Assembly: GCA_035221665.1 (NCBI GenBank)
Contig: CM069141.1
Span: 36,766,001-36,830,000, forward strand
Direction: 5' to 3'
Length of the DNA stretch: 64,000 bases
Source of the DNA: Okamejei kenojei
Lineage: Eukaryota
Shown here: one piece after another, positions 13,620 through 27,414 of the stretch
Position numbering within the stretch: position 1 is the first letter of the stretch
Layout of the letters: the number at the start of each line of letters is the position of its first letter
The notes under the pieces: model-generated
Database searches by the model: none
Told to the model about the DNA's origin: nothing
Seen by the model: only the letters and a program-made list of their open reading frames with translations
Program-made: the position numbers and the translations under genes

Positions 13620-14129
13620 ATTACAGAAAAAGACAAGAATGCTAGGAAACTTGGGAAAGTCAATGGATATGTCTTTAGGACAGTTATATTACCGTTGAGA
13701 AGGTGCTGGATGTCTTAAGATATATGAGGGTAGATAAATCTCCTGGGCCTGATCAGATATTTCAAAGGACATTTAGGGAAGCTAGAGAAGAAATTGCAGG
13801 AGTCCTTCAATATATAGGCAAGAGGGAACTAACATGGACAAAAGGTGGCATGTTCAACATATACTAACTTTATTGCTGAACAAAAATACAATGTGATAGT
13901 TAAAGCATTACATAATAACTTAATAATTCAAAGCTATTTGTGATCTTACTATACCACCCACATAACTATGAAATATTATCAACCATTATTATCTGGTGCA
14001 GCATTTCGTCATTACTTTAATCTTAAGGTTTCCTTTTTCCAAGGACTTCAAATTTAATTCTTCATCCTTCTCTTCTGGCCACAGCTAACAGGGGATTTGT
14101 AAGTTACACCAACAGTGATAAAAACTGCT

Positions 14130-15111
14130 CATGATAAAGATGTTTAATGGGAATGGAAGCATTGAAGAGGAGCAGAACAGATGCAAAGGGATGACAGGAT
14201 ATGAGAAGAAAAATTGTGGCAGAGAAAAGCAAACATTGAAATGTGAAATTATCAATTTTGGGGAGAAAATAATAAAGCTGATTCAATTTTTCAAAAGTGA
14301 GAGAAAATATTGACAGCTCTATTCTGATACATAAGTTATAAGTATACACAAGATGTCAATAGGTATTGCAAGTGATAGTGAAGGTAAATGATATTTTAGT
14401 ACAAAGGGCTTGGAATATTTGAACGAGATATCTTCATGCAGAATAAGGCCGTGATACCTGGGACATTGTACTGTTGTGTCTCCATACTGATGGAGAAAAG
14501 TTGCTTTAGTGTAAGCACAACAGTCACCCTATTCAGATTTCTGGCATGGAGGGATTGTTCCATGAGGAAAGCTCGAGTACAGCAAGTCTACATTCCGTGG
14601 AGTTTAGAAGAACAGTACAGATTTATTGAGACATAATATTGCGAAAGGGCTTGACAGAGGAAATTTCCATTGGCTATGGAGTACAGGTTTGTTGTTGTTT
14701 TCGAACCTCCCCTTCACATTCAAAATGCATACATAGGGATCAGCAATAACACTGAGAGAACAGATGTGTGGGAAAGGGTTAAATGGCAATGTAAAGACCG
14801 TAATAAGATTGATTAGTGTACTTCCATGAAATACTTCCAGAATCACGCAAAACCAAGTATTAAAACAGAATGCATCACATGTGCTCAATTTTTAATTTTT
14901 TGCTGCATTCTCGGGCATTATTAATTTAATGAAAGGAAAGAATTAGCATATTGCATGATATATTTTTCATTAAGGACAATATTGCACACAATGAATGGAA
15001 ATCCAAGAGAAATTACGCTCAAATAATTTGCTGAGAATTCAGATCATTTCAAAAGCTAGTTTTACACAGAACAGAAAGAAGACATTGGTATATTGTGCCT
15101 TCCTTTACGAT

Positions 15112-15176
<65 letters not shown>

Positions 15177-16200
15177 GGTGATCCAGTTAATCTTATTCTC
15201 CCAATCCTCTCCCATTGACGTATACACTTCTGGTAATTATCCAATTATATTTTGAAGTTTGCTACTAAAGGAGGTTGCATCATTCGTTAGGCAGTGCAGT
15301 TCACATCAAAGTAATTAGCCATGTAAAAATGTTTCCTGCCTCCCTTGGTTCTTTTGTTAATCAACTTAAATCTGTGTCCTCTTATTACTGACACTTCTGT
15401 AACTGGAAACAGTTCATTCTTTTTCCCCCAAAACATTGCTTATTTTGAATAATCCACTCAAGTTTTCTTTTAACCATACCCATTCAGAGAAACTATGTCA
15501 GCATCACTAAAGAATTGGTCGCCCATTCCTAGTGCAATTTAATTACATCCCCCCCACAGGCCTTGGTGTCCATCTGGTCCAATCTTGATGTCCAATGTTC
15601 TAGCTGAGGGCTGATCAGCACTATACAGGGGTTTATTGTAATTCCTTGCTTATCAATTCTATTTCACAAGCAAAAAATGCTTTACAATCTTGCCACCTTT
15701 CAAGAAATTTGTACACAACTCATTTAACATTCAGCTAATTAGTTCATATTGCCACACATTTCCAACCAAAATATTTAGCTTCATATTTTTCTACGTGAAA
15801 TGTCATCTGCCCTATATTGCCTATTTTACCAGTCTGTGTTCCTTAAGTCTGTTACTATCTTCTTCATTCAAGCTTGCAAATTTGAAATTAAATGCGTTGT
15901 TCCCAAATTCACATCCCTAATGTATAACAGTAGTCCCAATACTGCAATCGTCGATCTAGGGTGAAAAACAATTGTCTTCCGTTTTCCGTGTCATGCTTCC
16001 ACAGACCCTTAAATCCACTGGGATTAAATGCTATTGTTAACAACTTTATTAAGTGGCACTTTGTTAAACTTTGAAAGTTAACATGTAAATTAACAGTATC
16101 CAAATCTTCAATGATCTTCACTGCTTTACCAACAAAATCTCTCAACTTAATAAAATAATTAAACATAATTAGCCTTCAACACATCTATACGGACTTTCTT
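14130..16200. mobile_element. Old, decayed CR1 fragments (plus strand about 14130-14690, minus strand about 15240-16200)
   Basis: Residual KCEIINFG and LxSxEF-type motifs; many stops. Confidence 0.6.
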
Positions 16201-16724
16201 ATTTTCAAAAAATGTCTTCAATTCTCCTGAAACATGAGATCCATTTCACACATTTACCACTAATGCATATGCCAAGATGCACAAAGTAAATTCAGGCTTG
16301 GGGTAGATTATCTTGTAAAATTCAGAAGCATCAGTCATTCCTGTTAGCTGGCTAAACATCATACCATTGTGGGATTTGTTCTTCATTGCTCCATGTCTAC
16401 TTCTATAATTAAGTAACTTGGGAGGCATAACAAAGTGTCCCATTATGACCCATACCAGACATACGGGCATTTAGCACGTGTTTTTTCGATCTCTTCAATG
16501 GAACCTTTAGTGGCTAGATATGAATCGTAAGCTGTTTAATTCCACACTAACTACGCCATTGAGATCACACTCATTTAATTCAAACCAGTACAGGCAACGT
16601 TTATGTAATGCAACATTATGTACACATCATCCTTTTCCAAATCAATGAGTCATTACAAGTCAAACAAGATGACTTCCAAATATCCACTTCCAAATATCCT
16701 CTAGCAGTTCTAACCTGTTAACCA

Positions 16725-16950
16725 GTGCAATACTGAAGAAATGCCACATTGTCAGAGGTGTCATGTTTTAGATGAAATATAAAACCATATTATATCTGGT
16801 GGACACAGAGTCCCATGACACCATATTTAAAAAATAGGGGTATTATCCACGCTTATCTTACTAACATTTATTCAATCTACAGTTCTCAATCAGAGTATAT
16901 GGCCCCTACCAACTTTTTGTTACATTAAGTTGCCAATGTGGCAACATTAA
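16725..16950 (+). mobile_element. Ancient DeuSINE (SacSINE1/AmnSINE1-like) Deu-domain remnant
   Basis: GTGCAATACTGAAGAAATGCCACATTGTCAGAGGTGTCATGTTTTAGATGAAATATAAAACC..GGTGGACA..TCCCATGAC recalls the Deu-domain consensus; recognised from memory. Confidence 0.55.
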
Positions 16951-17109
16951 AATTGGGTGACAAATTGCTTATTATACGTCAGAAGTCTGGCATTGGCTAT
17001 AAAACATGTTGGGATGTCATCAAAGGGATACAATGGGTGCTACTTATGTCATAGTCTCTCTTTTTTGTGTGTAAGCTTTCAATTAACAGAGCCTTCTTTC
17101 CAAATTCCG

Positions 17110-17342
17110 CAGGTGCTGTCTGTTGAGTCTGTACATTCTCCCCATGACTTGCATTGATTTTCTCTGGAATCTCCGGTTTCCTCCCACACTCCAAAGACGT
17201 ACAAGTTTGTAGGTTAATTAGCTTAGTGTAATTGTAAATTGTCCCTAGTGTGTAGGATAGTTGATGTGCAGGGATCGCTGGTTGGCTTGGACTTGGTGGG
17301 CCGAAGAGCCCGTTTTCATGTTATATCTCTGAACTAAACTAA
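17110..17342 (+). mobile_element. HE1-like SINE, 5'-truncated
   Basis: CTCCGGTTTCCTCCCACACTCCAAAGACG core and CTAAACT tail. Confidence 0.85.
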
Positions 17343-17996
17343 AAAGTGAAAAACTTAACATGGATAACAATGGGTTTTTAGTATTTGAACTATGAATCGT
17401 TTGATTATTATGACTTTCACATAGCCAAGCATTTTAAGTCAGTCATCCAATGACTAATCAACTGTGGAATTAAATACATTTAAAATATCTATGTCCCCAA
17501 AGCTCAAATTTGTGACCAAGGATCCACTGAGATAAAATATTTTTTTTTATTTTACAAGCAATTGATCTACAATGAGCAGCTATTGTTTCTTCAGATTTTT
17601 CCAAAGGCTCTCTCCTTTCTATTGCAATTAATTTTAATATGCCTCTCATGTTCCAATAATAATTTGGTAAAAGTAAACAGCTATTTCAAAACATTTTAGT
17701 AACAGATACCAAATTGGTTAATAAACAGTAAAGGCCCCAAAACAATAAGATTTTTCCATTTAAAACCATAAATGGGAGGCACTGGGTGGAGATGCACCTT
17801 AAGTCAGACCAAAGATGGTTGGAGGACAGTGTGCAGTAATTAAGAGTAGGGGGTTATCAATCTGGGAGGGAGTAGTAAACGATAAACCAGCTATTTTATT
17901 ATTATTATTATTAACATGCACCAGAGTCAAAAACTTTGCTGATGAGGGGGGGGGGGGGAAAGAGAGAATACATCTTTCACCTTCGGGGAAAAAAGC

Positions 17997-18885
17997 CATC
18001 ACAAAGTGCTAGAGTAACTCAGCGGTCAGGAAGCATCCCTGGAGAACATGAGTAGCTGACTATCCGGGTCAGGCCCCTTCTTCAGATTGATTGGTGGTGG
18101 TGGTGGGGGTGAATAGAAAGAGCTAGAAGAGATGAGAGTCTAGACAAAGTAAGGCAGGTAAGCATAGGCGAGGGGGGAAGAGGGGTTAGTTTTCAGATAG
18201 TTGGACAAAGGCTGGAGATGAAAAAAAAACTGTAAGACAAAAGGATTAAAGAGATGTGAATCATGAAGCCAGAAAAAGGAATATAGGTGGAGTGGAAGCT
18301 GAGAAATAGGCGCGTGCAGGTGTGGCACAGGGGAGAGAGGAGTTGTTTAAGATTACCAGCAACTGTAAAATTCAAAGTTCTTACCACTGGCTTGCAAGCT
18401 ACCTAGGCATAATAAAAGGTGTTATTACTCCAATTTCTAAATGGCCTCATTCTGGCAATTAAGGTGGCTCAGGACAGAAAGGTCAGTATGGTAATTGGAA
18501 GGAGAGTTTAGTTAGCAACAGGGAGATCCGGTATACCTTATTGGACCGAGCGCAAGTGTTCGGCGCAATGGTCGCCGAGACTACACCTGGTCTCGCTCAT
18601 GTATGGGAGGCACAACTGGGAATTCTGGTAGGCCTTTTAAGAGCTCAGATCATGAGTCTGATAACAGTGGAGAAGCTGACCTTGAATCTTGTGGAATGTG
18701 CTTTCAAGATTTTGTATCTTCAACCTGATAGGAGAGAAGTGGTCCTTGATTATGTTTAAGAAAGAACTGCAGGTGCTGATAAAATCGAAGGTAGACACAA
18801 AATGCTGGAGAAACTCAGCAGGTGAGGCAGCATCTATGGAGTGATGGAATTGGCAACATTTTGGGTCGAGACCCTTCTTCAGACC
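17997..18885 (-). mobile_element. Penelope-like fragments (GIY-YIG C-terminus + terminal repeat)
   Basis: Minus-strand ETRCSLGDHCAEHLRSV-like remnant at about 18540-18600; GCTGGAGAAACTCAGC terminal motif and degenerate hammerhead cores at about 18070 and 18870. Confidence 0.75.
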
Positions 18886-19789
18886 GATGTGCTTTCCAGA
18901 AGTAGTGTGAATTGTCTATAGGGTCTATGGAAGAGACGGTTTTGCATGATAGATTGGACAATTAAATAATTTTAGAGAATAGGTAAAATAAAAATGACAA
19001 TACTTTCATATTTCACATTTCATACAGCATATTAAATTGTACTTATGGTGTACTCCAATGGTTAGAATTGTCAAGAATGAAAACTGGAATTATATTTATC
19101 TAATACGCACAGAGGATAATTGGAAATCATATATTTGTATTTATTTTCTCTTACGCCTTGATTAGATTTCCGACATGCCAAATGGTCCAATTTATTGGAA
19201 TTTAGACATCCCAAAGCAACACTAGGTGCTGCGTTAATACTTTGCTTGTTTTACACTGGGGCGCTCACCTTGTCCAGATGCAATGTGAAATGCAAGTAAT
19301 GATAGGTTGCAAGCTTTAGTCTCAAGACTTCCATTTATTACCCTTCCCCTGATTACCCTGGAGGTGGTGGTGGCACATCACCTTCTTCCCTCATTAAAAC
19401 AGTAGTCATACAGTTTGCCTGGCTATTTATAGCAGTTATAAGCAATCACATTGCTGCAGGTTAGTTTTATATAAAGGCAGAGCTGATGCAGCTTCATTCC
19501 TACATCAGTGAACCAGCTTTTGAATAATTTAGTTTCATAGTCACCATTATTGAAACTAGCCTAATTGTTAAAAAATAATTAATCAAACTTAAATTCAAAA
19601 TTGGATTTTTTCAGGACATTAGACAAGGCACTGGTGTGTTAATTTAATCACCAAACCATTTCCAGAGTCCATTTTTTTAAACTCTTGGTACAGGTAGAAA
19701 GCAACAGCTAGCATATATGATCTACATTTAAGGCTTCATATAGAAATTACCAGTATGTTGTATATAATTAACAAGAACACACCACTCTC

Positions 19790-21544
19790 AACTTTCTATA
19801 AAATTTTATTTTGTACAAACGATTTTTTTTTTACATTGCTCAATTTTATTCAACTTACCAAAAAGTTATATTTGCGCTCTTAAAGTATAACAATAAACAA
19901 ACATCACATTTTGGTATATTTTGCAGAATAGATCGTTGATTAGGTTTATTTTTAAAAAATAAGACAATTGAATTTCACAGTACTCTATTTCAGTGACATA
20001 CTGGATTATTTTAGCCAAAAGTTAAGGAAAGAATTTTTGACTTTAAAGAGTAAAGTATTAGATTTTGTAATAAATTCTGTGCATCAACTCCATTCAAAGT
20101 TACCACACTGACATTTCTAAATTCTACTACCCGTAGGAAACAGTGACTCTAGATTTCAGTTGAACCCCATCTAGAGTAAAGTGAACTCAGCCAGAAACAT
20201 GGCTTTTAACAGTTTTAGCAACTAAATGCAGAAAATTTAGAGGTAAGCTATTGTAGCAAAGTCACAAAGGCATTAAAAGACCATTTGTAAAATTAGCAAC
20301 AAAATCATTTAATTTGCATTATAATGTAACTATAACTACTATATGTCAGAATAAATTGTACTTATATGTGCACTCTTAACAACAAAGCTGTGTATTCATG
20401 CATTTACAGGGGACCAGCCCTACAGTTTGATCACAGAACCAATAATTCAGCTTCATTTGTAACTTCTATAAAATGTACCCCGTTGACTCTTAATCTGGAT
20501 GAAATGATACTTATGATTTCCCGTAACAAAAGGACTATAGTATTCAGTATAATCTTGGTGATCCGGTGATTCAACAAAATCTTGGATGCACTAGCACTAA
20601 AATGTATCTAATCTAGTCACAGTGGAATACTTTTGTTAAATTCAAATAATCTAGAGTTTGATGAAAATGATCTCTTCATCATTAAGAATATAACATAAAA
20701 TGGCACAAATTATAAATTGGCCATGAATCAAATACACATTGAAAAAAATGTGAAAAGACCCTGATAATTTAAGATTTTACTCTCCCATATCCTATTTCAC
20801 ATCAGAAGTTCTGGTGTTCGGAGAAATCAAGACCTGTGTCTGAAAATAAATTAACTTCTCAAATTATATGAATAACAAAATATGGAATGTCACAAAACAA
20901 AATGCACACAATGAATGTCACATATTTAGGCTGTCCACAAGTTTTATGTTACTGGCCATAACCATTCTTAGGTTTCAGCCCGAGTTGCTATTACCAACGT
21001 GTGGTTATTTTGTACCGCCAAATATGCACGCCGCAAGACAAGAAATAGCTGTGCTCTTTTAAGGCTTAGCATTGAACTAGACCCAATCACTTCATTAATT
21101 ATTAGGAAAGCTATTTTAAATAACTGTGCTTATTTTTAGTAATTATCTTTCTAAGTCAATACTGAAACATTAAACATTTCAAATATTGACTTCAAATGCC
21201 AGTCACCTGAAATCAGACACCAAACATAAGAGCAAAATATTGAATCCTACATTTCACTTAATATTCCAGAGCACATACTACTTTTTTTTTTAAAAAGGGA
21301 AAATATTTTCTGAAATTCAAACCAAAAACTGCCAAAACAAAAAAGGTACAACAGCCAAAACATGGTCATTCACACCTTATTCAGATGGTTATTTTCTGAA
21401 GAAATCAGATAGTATTGTTTAATGAACATGTAGAATTCTCAGAAAATATGTGAACATACATTTCATTACCTTTGGAAGGGGGTGGGTAGGGGGAGGGAAC
21501 TGTTCTGTCTAGGGAGGTTTTCAAGATTAATCTTCAAAATTATC
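19790..21544 (-). other. Candidate BOD1 terminal 3' UTR exon
   Basis: Strong acceptor ttctttgttttggtttgttttgcag| at 21544; AT-rich, TE-poor sequence; AATAAA at 19950-19945, 19850-19845 and 19810-19805, followed by a GT-rich tract near 19790-19770. Confidence 0.55.
19805..19850 (-). terminator. Tandem polyadenylation signals (AATAAA x2) of the candidate BOD1 3' UTR
   Basis: tttatt at 19805-19810 and 19845-19850; downstream AGAGTGGTGTGTTCTTG on the minus strand. Confidence 0.5.
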
Positions 21545-23003
21545 CTGCAAAACAAACCAAAACAAAGAATCACATTTAAAAAATAACTCAACTCTTTAAT
21601 TACTCCAATATATAACTTTGCGCTTTACACAAATCACACCAAGATAGCTTTTACTGGAGAAATAGTTCTAATTGATCTCAAAAATGAAACAATAGTCCAT
21701 TTTCATTCATCTTTAATGTAAGCATTCTTGTAGATGCCTGGAGTACAAACCCTACCAAAATTAATCTTGGAAGCTTTGAAGATAATTGGCATGCCCCATC
21801 CTGAAGAAGATTCAAGTTACCATAGATAGGAAATCAAACTTGAAATGCTTTTGTTAACTTGACCTCATATCATAATTCTAAATTGACAAAAATACTTCTC
21901 AAATTGTCACTATAATAAATCCAAATTTAGTTGTGTTAAGTCAGAGAGCTAATTCAAATGCCATTATTGGAGCTGGAAGTAAATGAGTGCATAAATAAAA
22001 ATGACAAGGGTGTATAATAGTCTTATCTCCAATATCTCATAGTAACTTCGAGTTCTGTTTTGCGGAATAGTGGAATATAATCATAGTGTACAATTGTATG
22101 CCCAACCACTGCAAGACTGATTTATGGATGTGAGCCACCAGTTCTTGTCTATTGAGCTGATTGTGGACTTTATTTTGGAATATTACACACATATCAATGT
22201 AAACAAAAGCATGCATAGTTGTGCAATCTCATAACTGGCTGGCATTGGGAGGGAAAATGTAATTTAAAAACTTAAATTTCCAGGCATAATAATTCTGAAC
22301 AAGTGCGTACCAACATAAGCTCGGTCACAGAATAGCTTTATTTTTACGACAATGTAGAATGAAAAATTAGAGAAACATCTCACAATGCTCCTTCACCACC
22401 CAAAATCAGGAATACAGTGATGAGTTTGTCTCAAAATATGCAATGATCTCCCCCTCCCCCCCTGTGATTAATCTCTAAAAACCAAGACATTTCTGAATAT
22501 GACCAAAAAGGCAGAAAGTGTGTCACTTGAAATAATAGAACATCTTATACTTTATCCTCAATGGAAGATTTTTGTGAAAATGCGAAACACAGGAAAAACT
22601 CCCTATATAATGCTGGGCGACCATGCAGCCGAGGACTCAATTACTTTTCAACATTTAATGAGCCAAAATAATTGAAATACAAGTGATGTTAGAAACTCAG
22701 CTGCATCAATCCTTTAAAGATAGTATCTTTAAATACAGACATTCAAAACCAACTTTCACCTGAACGTCTTATGCAGGATCAACCCTTTTGGATTTATATT
22801 GCAGATATTAAATGACTGAAAATTAGTGTCTACAAATTGGTACTTCAAAGCGAGCACAAAATGTTTTAAAGATGACAACAAAACCACAGATGTTTATTTA
22901 CAGCATTGTTTGAACCCATAAAAAAAAGTCTTGTTGTGTTTGGTATAATAGAACCACCATCAAAGGATTACATGCACAATATGCTCTTAGAAACGGGAAC
23001 TAC

Positions 23004-23412
23004 CTTTTGGGCAGTGGGTATTACTTTTCTTTTTTTTTAATCTTCAGTACAGGTCCTCCTTCAATGGAAGCCAGAATTCATCCAGAGCTTTTTTCTTCAT
23101 TTACTCTAATTGTCTTAATTTCTCTTCAAAATTTCAGGCATTGAAAAATGTCTCAGCATCTGTTCTTACAGAATCTCCAAATTGAGATCCATCAAATTAC
23201 ACTTTCTTCATTGCTCAGTTCTTATTACCTTCCTTATTCCATACAAGCATTCAGCAATGCTAATGTAAACTATAAACAACATTTGTCTTGATTAATCCTA
23301 GATAAGCAACTTTGTCCCACAGTCAAAATATATTCTCGACTGATTGTGCAGTTACAGTTGAAGGTAGAAAATGTTCAGTGTCATGCTGGTGCTAGAGCAT
23401 TTGAAGTGTTAC
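23004..23412 (-). other. Candidate BOD1 exon 4 (alternative C-terminus GNTSNALAPA* or purely 3' UTR)
   Basis: Polypyrimidine acceptor ttctgttttgtcttacag| at 23412; candidate donor AAG|GTAGTT at 23004/23003; in frame with the internal exon-3 donor TCAG|GTACAT. Confidence 0.5.
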
Positions 23413-24624
23413 CTGTAAGACAAAACAGAATTCAACGCTAAACATGCAGACAGATTTTAAGTGAACTATATATTTTAAGAAACTCACAAAGAAGATAGTA
23501 CAATTTCTTACATTCAGATTAATCAAGATGAGCATAAACAATATAATGGGCAAAGGTAACTACAGATCACCTGTAAGCAACAGAATATACACACACAGCA
23601 AGGCATACATCTCCAACTAGAGGCAGACGAGGGAAAATAGTAAAAAACTAAATAAAAAGCATTGTTCCGAATGCACGTAGCATTTATAAGATAGTGAATA
23701 AAAGGCAAATAAATAAATGAATATAACCTAATAGGCATATATAGGGTGGACAGTCAGAACCTTTCACCCCAGGGTGGAAATGTCAAAGACTAGAGGGTGG
23801 TGGTTGAGGCAGATACAATAGTGGCATTTAAGAGGCTTTGGGATAGGCACATGGATATATAGATCACACGACAGAGTAGATTAATTTAACGGCATTATTT
23901 TTAGCAGAAACATTGTGGGACGACGGACCTGTTCCTGTGCTGCATCATTCTAAGTTAACAACGTCATAAGGAATTTACAAATACAAGTTGTAGCATGGTG
24001 GAAATGGTTTTAACAAAGGATTATATGCCTACATCCAACCAAACTTGTTGGACAAAAAAAATGAACCACGTTTACTGGATGAAGGAGATTAAACAGAGGG
24101 AAATCGATAAACCTACCCCTGGTTTGGTACTAATTAACAATAACAAATGGTTAATAAACTATTCCTTCTTTCCAGAAATGCTGCCTGTCCTGCTGAGTTT
24201 CTCCAGCATTTTGTGTCTACCACAGGAGTAATAAAGATGTTCAAAGAGAAATGTTTAGTGGATAGATGTTCCATTGGCACATGCCCTTCTACTGTCTGCA
24301 ATTGAATGCATTACACCATAATTTGTACCCGACTGAATTTAGTTGACGGAACACCGGGAACGTGAAGTGGACACAAGTTAAATGGCCTCCACTAATGCAA
24401 TATACTGCACAGAATAATTTATGTAATAAAGCCAGACCACATGATGTCAGAATTACTTGTCCCCTTGTTTTAGATGAACTCAAATAGAAAAAATTGCTCA
24501 TTGTATTCAAATATTAAGTGCACTTTTTTAATGGTTTTTAATGATTTAATAAAAGTGCGGCATTATGAAATCAAAGCAATAAATGAATGCAGAATTAGTA
24601 AAGTAAAAAAGATGATACAAGACC

Positions 24625-24823
24625 TCAGGATGTACCTGAAGCTGGAGAGGATAGCTCCTGTTTTTCAGGTTCCTGTGGTGGATTTGGTACAGCTTCCTCA
24701 TTCATTTCTGTGGCCATAAATTCATGAACTGCCTTCTCTATCTGCGGTTTGAATATGTGATACAGCTTCGGATCCACGACTTGAGAAATAATTCTGTCCA
24801 CGCCAGATTCCAACATTCCTGAT
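24625..24823 (-). CDS. BOD1: BOD1 coding exon 3 with stop (147-aa product)
   Basis: Acceptor ccatctcccag|; encodes (K)SGMLESGVDRIISQVVDPKLYHIFKPQIEKAVHEFMATEMNEEAVPNPPQEPEKQELSSPASGTS*. The short Pro-rich tail ending in TS* matches BOD1 rather than the very long BOD1L1. Confidence 0.92.
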
Positions 24824-26355
24824 CTGGGAGATGGAAACATAATAATTTAGCATATTTATCAAATAAACTTCTTTCATTATTTTTTCATTTGCAATGGGGA
24901 TAATATTTCCATGCCTCAAATGACAATGCCCAACATTTCTACTTCACTCAAAATACAGAACCGAGACCAATGTTAGTAGAACTTCGTGTAACTGTGAATA
25001 GTTTGACAAAAATGAACTCACAGTAAAAGCGTATTAGAAACTAAAAGCAATCACCTGTCTAACTATTGAGCAGATGTTTACTACTGGGGATCCACTGGAC
25101 CAAAAGCAGTTACATAAAATAGAAATTAATGTAATAAAGTGAATTTTGTGAATAAAGTTTTCAATTTTTGCAGAGAGGTTTAAGATACGAGTTTGTAAAT
25201 TGAATTGTTCAGTTTAAATTTATACTGAAACCAGATGAAAAAGAAACAGTTTCCCTTTCACCATGAAAGGGGAGAAAAATTGATGTCAAAAGTACGTGGA
25301 ATGTGAAATATTTCCACACAACCATTTAACCTGTTAACCAGACAAAGTTAACTGAAGGCATAAAATTCTATAGAAAAAAAACATACATTTAATTCAGTAA
25401 AAAAATCATTTTTGTTAAAGGTCTAATAGTTTTCACGTATCGATGTTCTCCACTCCTTTCGTCAAGTTGACTTTTCTTCAGGTAATTAGCAAGCTCAAAA
25501 ACACGTAGAGGCAGCATAACAGTTTAAGTAGCAACAGGAAAATAAAGTGGGGAAATTAAAATAATAAAATGCCAGTGTGATGTTTGATATTGGAGAAAAT
25601 AAAAAATCCAATGTTACAAAAAACAAAAAAAGAAAATGCTGGAGGAACAAGATGCATTTCGGATGAAGAACTCCATATTTGATCAGTTCTTCGTGCTTAA
25701 GATTACTTTTGAATGGGCAAGAAATTAAATGTGTATTGTAAAAAAAACAATAATTTGCATGTTGATATTGAAAATTAAATTTGAATTTAGCAAATTTTCA
25801 CCAATCTATTTTTCCCATTACCCCAGAAAATGGTTTATTGCTATTTAACCACAGATACGATAGGAAAATTGGTCTGACAACAGTCACAACACACAAGGTA
25901 CACAAAAAACTTGAAATTAAAAGTGAAAACAAAAAGAAAAAGACAAGCAACTGCTGGCTGGCTGCCGTGTGCACTGCGCCTTCACCAGAACAAATGAGCA
26001 AACAGACATTTCCCTGGGCAGAGGATTCTAAATTAGTGCCCCCACCCCCCCTCCTCCACACCGGGTCCCCCTTTGTTCTCCCACTGTCCCTCACAGCGGT
26101 CTCCCCACGGCAAGTCCTCCATAGTTCTTTGCGGCAGTTCCCCCACGCCGGGTCCTCCATTGTTCTTCTCCCCCGTGAAGAACAATGGTGGCCTTCTTGG
26201 TATCTTTGATTACACACAATAGTAAGTTTGCTAATGAGCTGAAGTAAAACCATAACTAGTAATATAAGTCATATTTTATGAGCTCAGATTGCAAGATTGG
26301 TCAAAACGTTTTACTCAAAAAGAAATTAACTATGGAGTTTAATTAATGTACTCAC

Positions 26356-26480
26356 TTACAGACCCTTTGTCGAAGTTCATTACGCAGCTGATTTTTGTTA
26401 AGAGTTGGATTCCACTCATGATTAGCCAAGTGATTGGACACAAAATTATCAACTCTCTGTCTGAGATTCTGATATGCTGG
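26356..26480 (-). CDS. BOD1: BOD1 coding exon 2 (125 nt)
   Basis: Acceptor ttttgcgtag|; encodes PAYQNLRQRVDNFVSNHLANHEWNPTLNKNQLRNELRQRVC+AA; donor |GTGAGT; in frame with exons 1 and 3. Read manually, not in the ORF track. Confidence 0.95.
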
Positions 26481-27222
26481 CTACGCAAAAGAAAATGGAT
26501 GAAATCAAGCCAAAAAATACACACATTAACATTTCACGCACAAACATGTTTCCCCTTTACATGCCTCATCCCAGGTGACAAAAGAAAACCAATCTAAATC
26601 CTCTCCCCGCTTCCTGGCATAGTTTGTAGATTCTCCAACCTTGTGGGTTTTCACAGGGTGCTGGGCACTTTGTGTCCTCCCACCTTTTAAAGATGTCCAG
26701 GTTAATAGATCAATTGGCCACTATAAACTGCCTCAAGTGGGTAATTCGGTAAAATAACCTAGAGGGAACTGTACGGAAAGTGGGCAAAATAGAAATTGTA
26801 CTAGTGTAGGATTTATGCGAGTTAGCTTGGTTTGCAAATTCGACCCGATTCTCTGCTCCATCGCTCTGTCATCAGCTATCCCTATAGATGATTAGATGTG
26901 GGAAGAAAAAAAATACCAGGATAAAAACCAATAAAGATTCCAGATCAGAAGTTAATAAGTTTCCTTTTGTTTCCGTTTCATGTTGATATTCCCAAGCACA
27001 TGAACAAATATGTGTTTTCACATTACAGGTTCATCGGAATGAATATTTTGCATGGGCATCTTTACTGTATACAAGTTACTTAAAAAAGATATTTTCCATA
27101 ACATTCAAGCAATTCACAAAGTCTTTATCTATTGAACTTCTCTATTTTCAAAAGGATTTAATTTGCTTCCCTGACATTTTACATGGCTTCCCCAAACAAA
27201 GGGCATAATTTTATCTTTGTTA

Positions 27223-27405
27223 TAGGCTAGTATTCACTGGATTTTAGAAGGATGAGGGGGGATTTTATAGAAACATATAAAATTAAAAAAAGGACTGGAC
27301 AAGCTAGATGCGGGAAAAATGTTGCCAATGTTGGGCAAGTTCAGAACCAGGGGCCACAGTCTTAGAATAAGGGGGAGGTCATTTAGGACTGAGGTGAAAA
27401 AAAAC
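27223..27405 (+). mobile_element. CR1 3' fragment in BOD1 intron 1
   Basis: LYSLDFRRMRGDFIETYKI..GLDKLDAGKMLPMLG..RTRGHSLRI. Confidence 0.85.
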
Positions 27406-27414
27406 CTCAGAATA

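Noticed and set aside
15112-15176. About 65-nt poly-G (also poly-C at about 36409-36444 and G-runs at 6868 and 7800)
   Set aside because: Homopolymer lengths are unreliable and may be sequencing artefacts.
25781-26253. Overlapping 142-aa and 151-aa ORFs in BOD1 intron 2
   Set aside because: No homology recognised; looks like a repeat fragment in intronic sequence.
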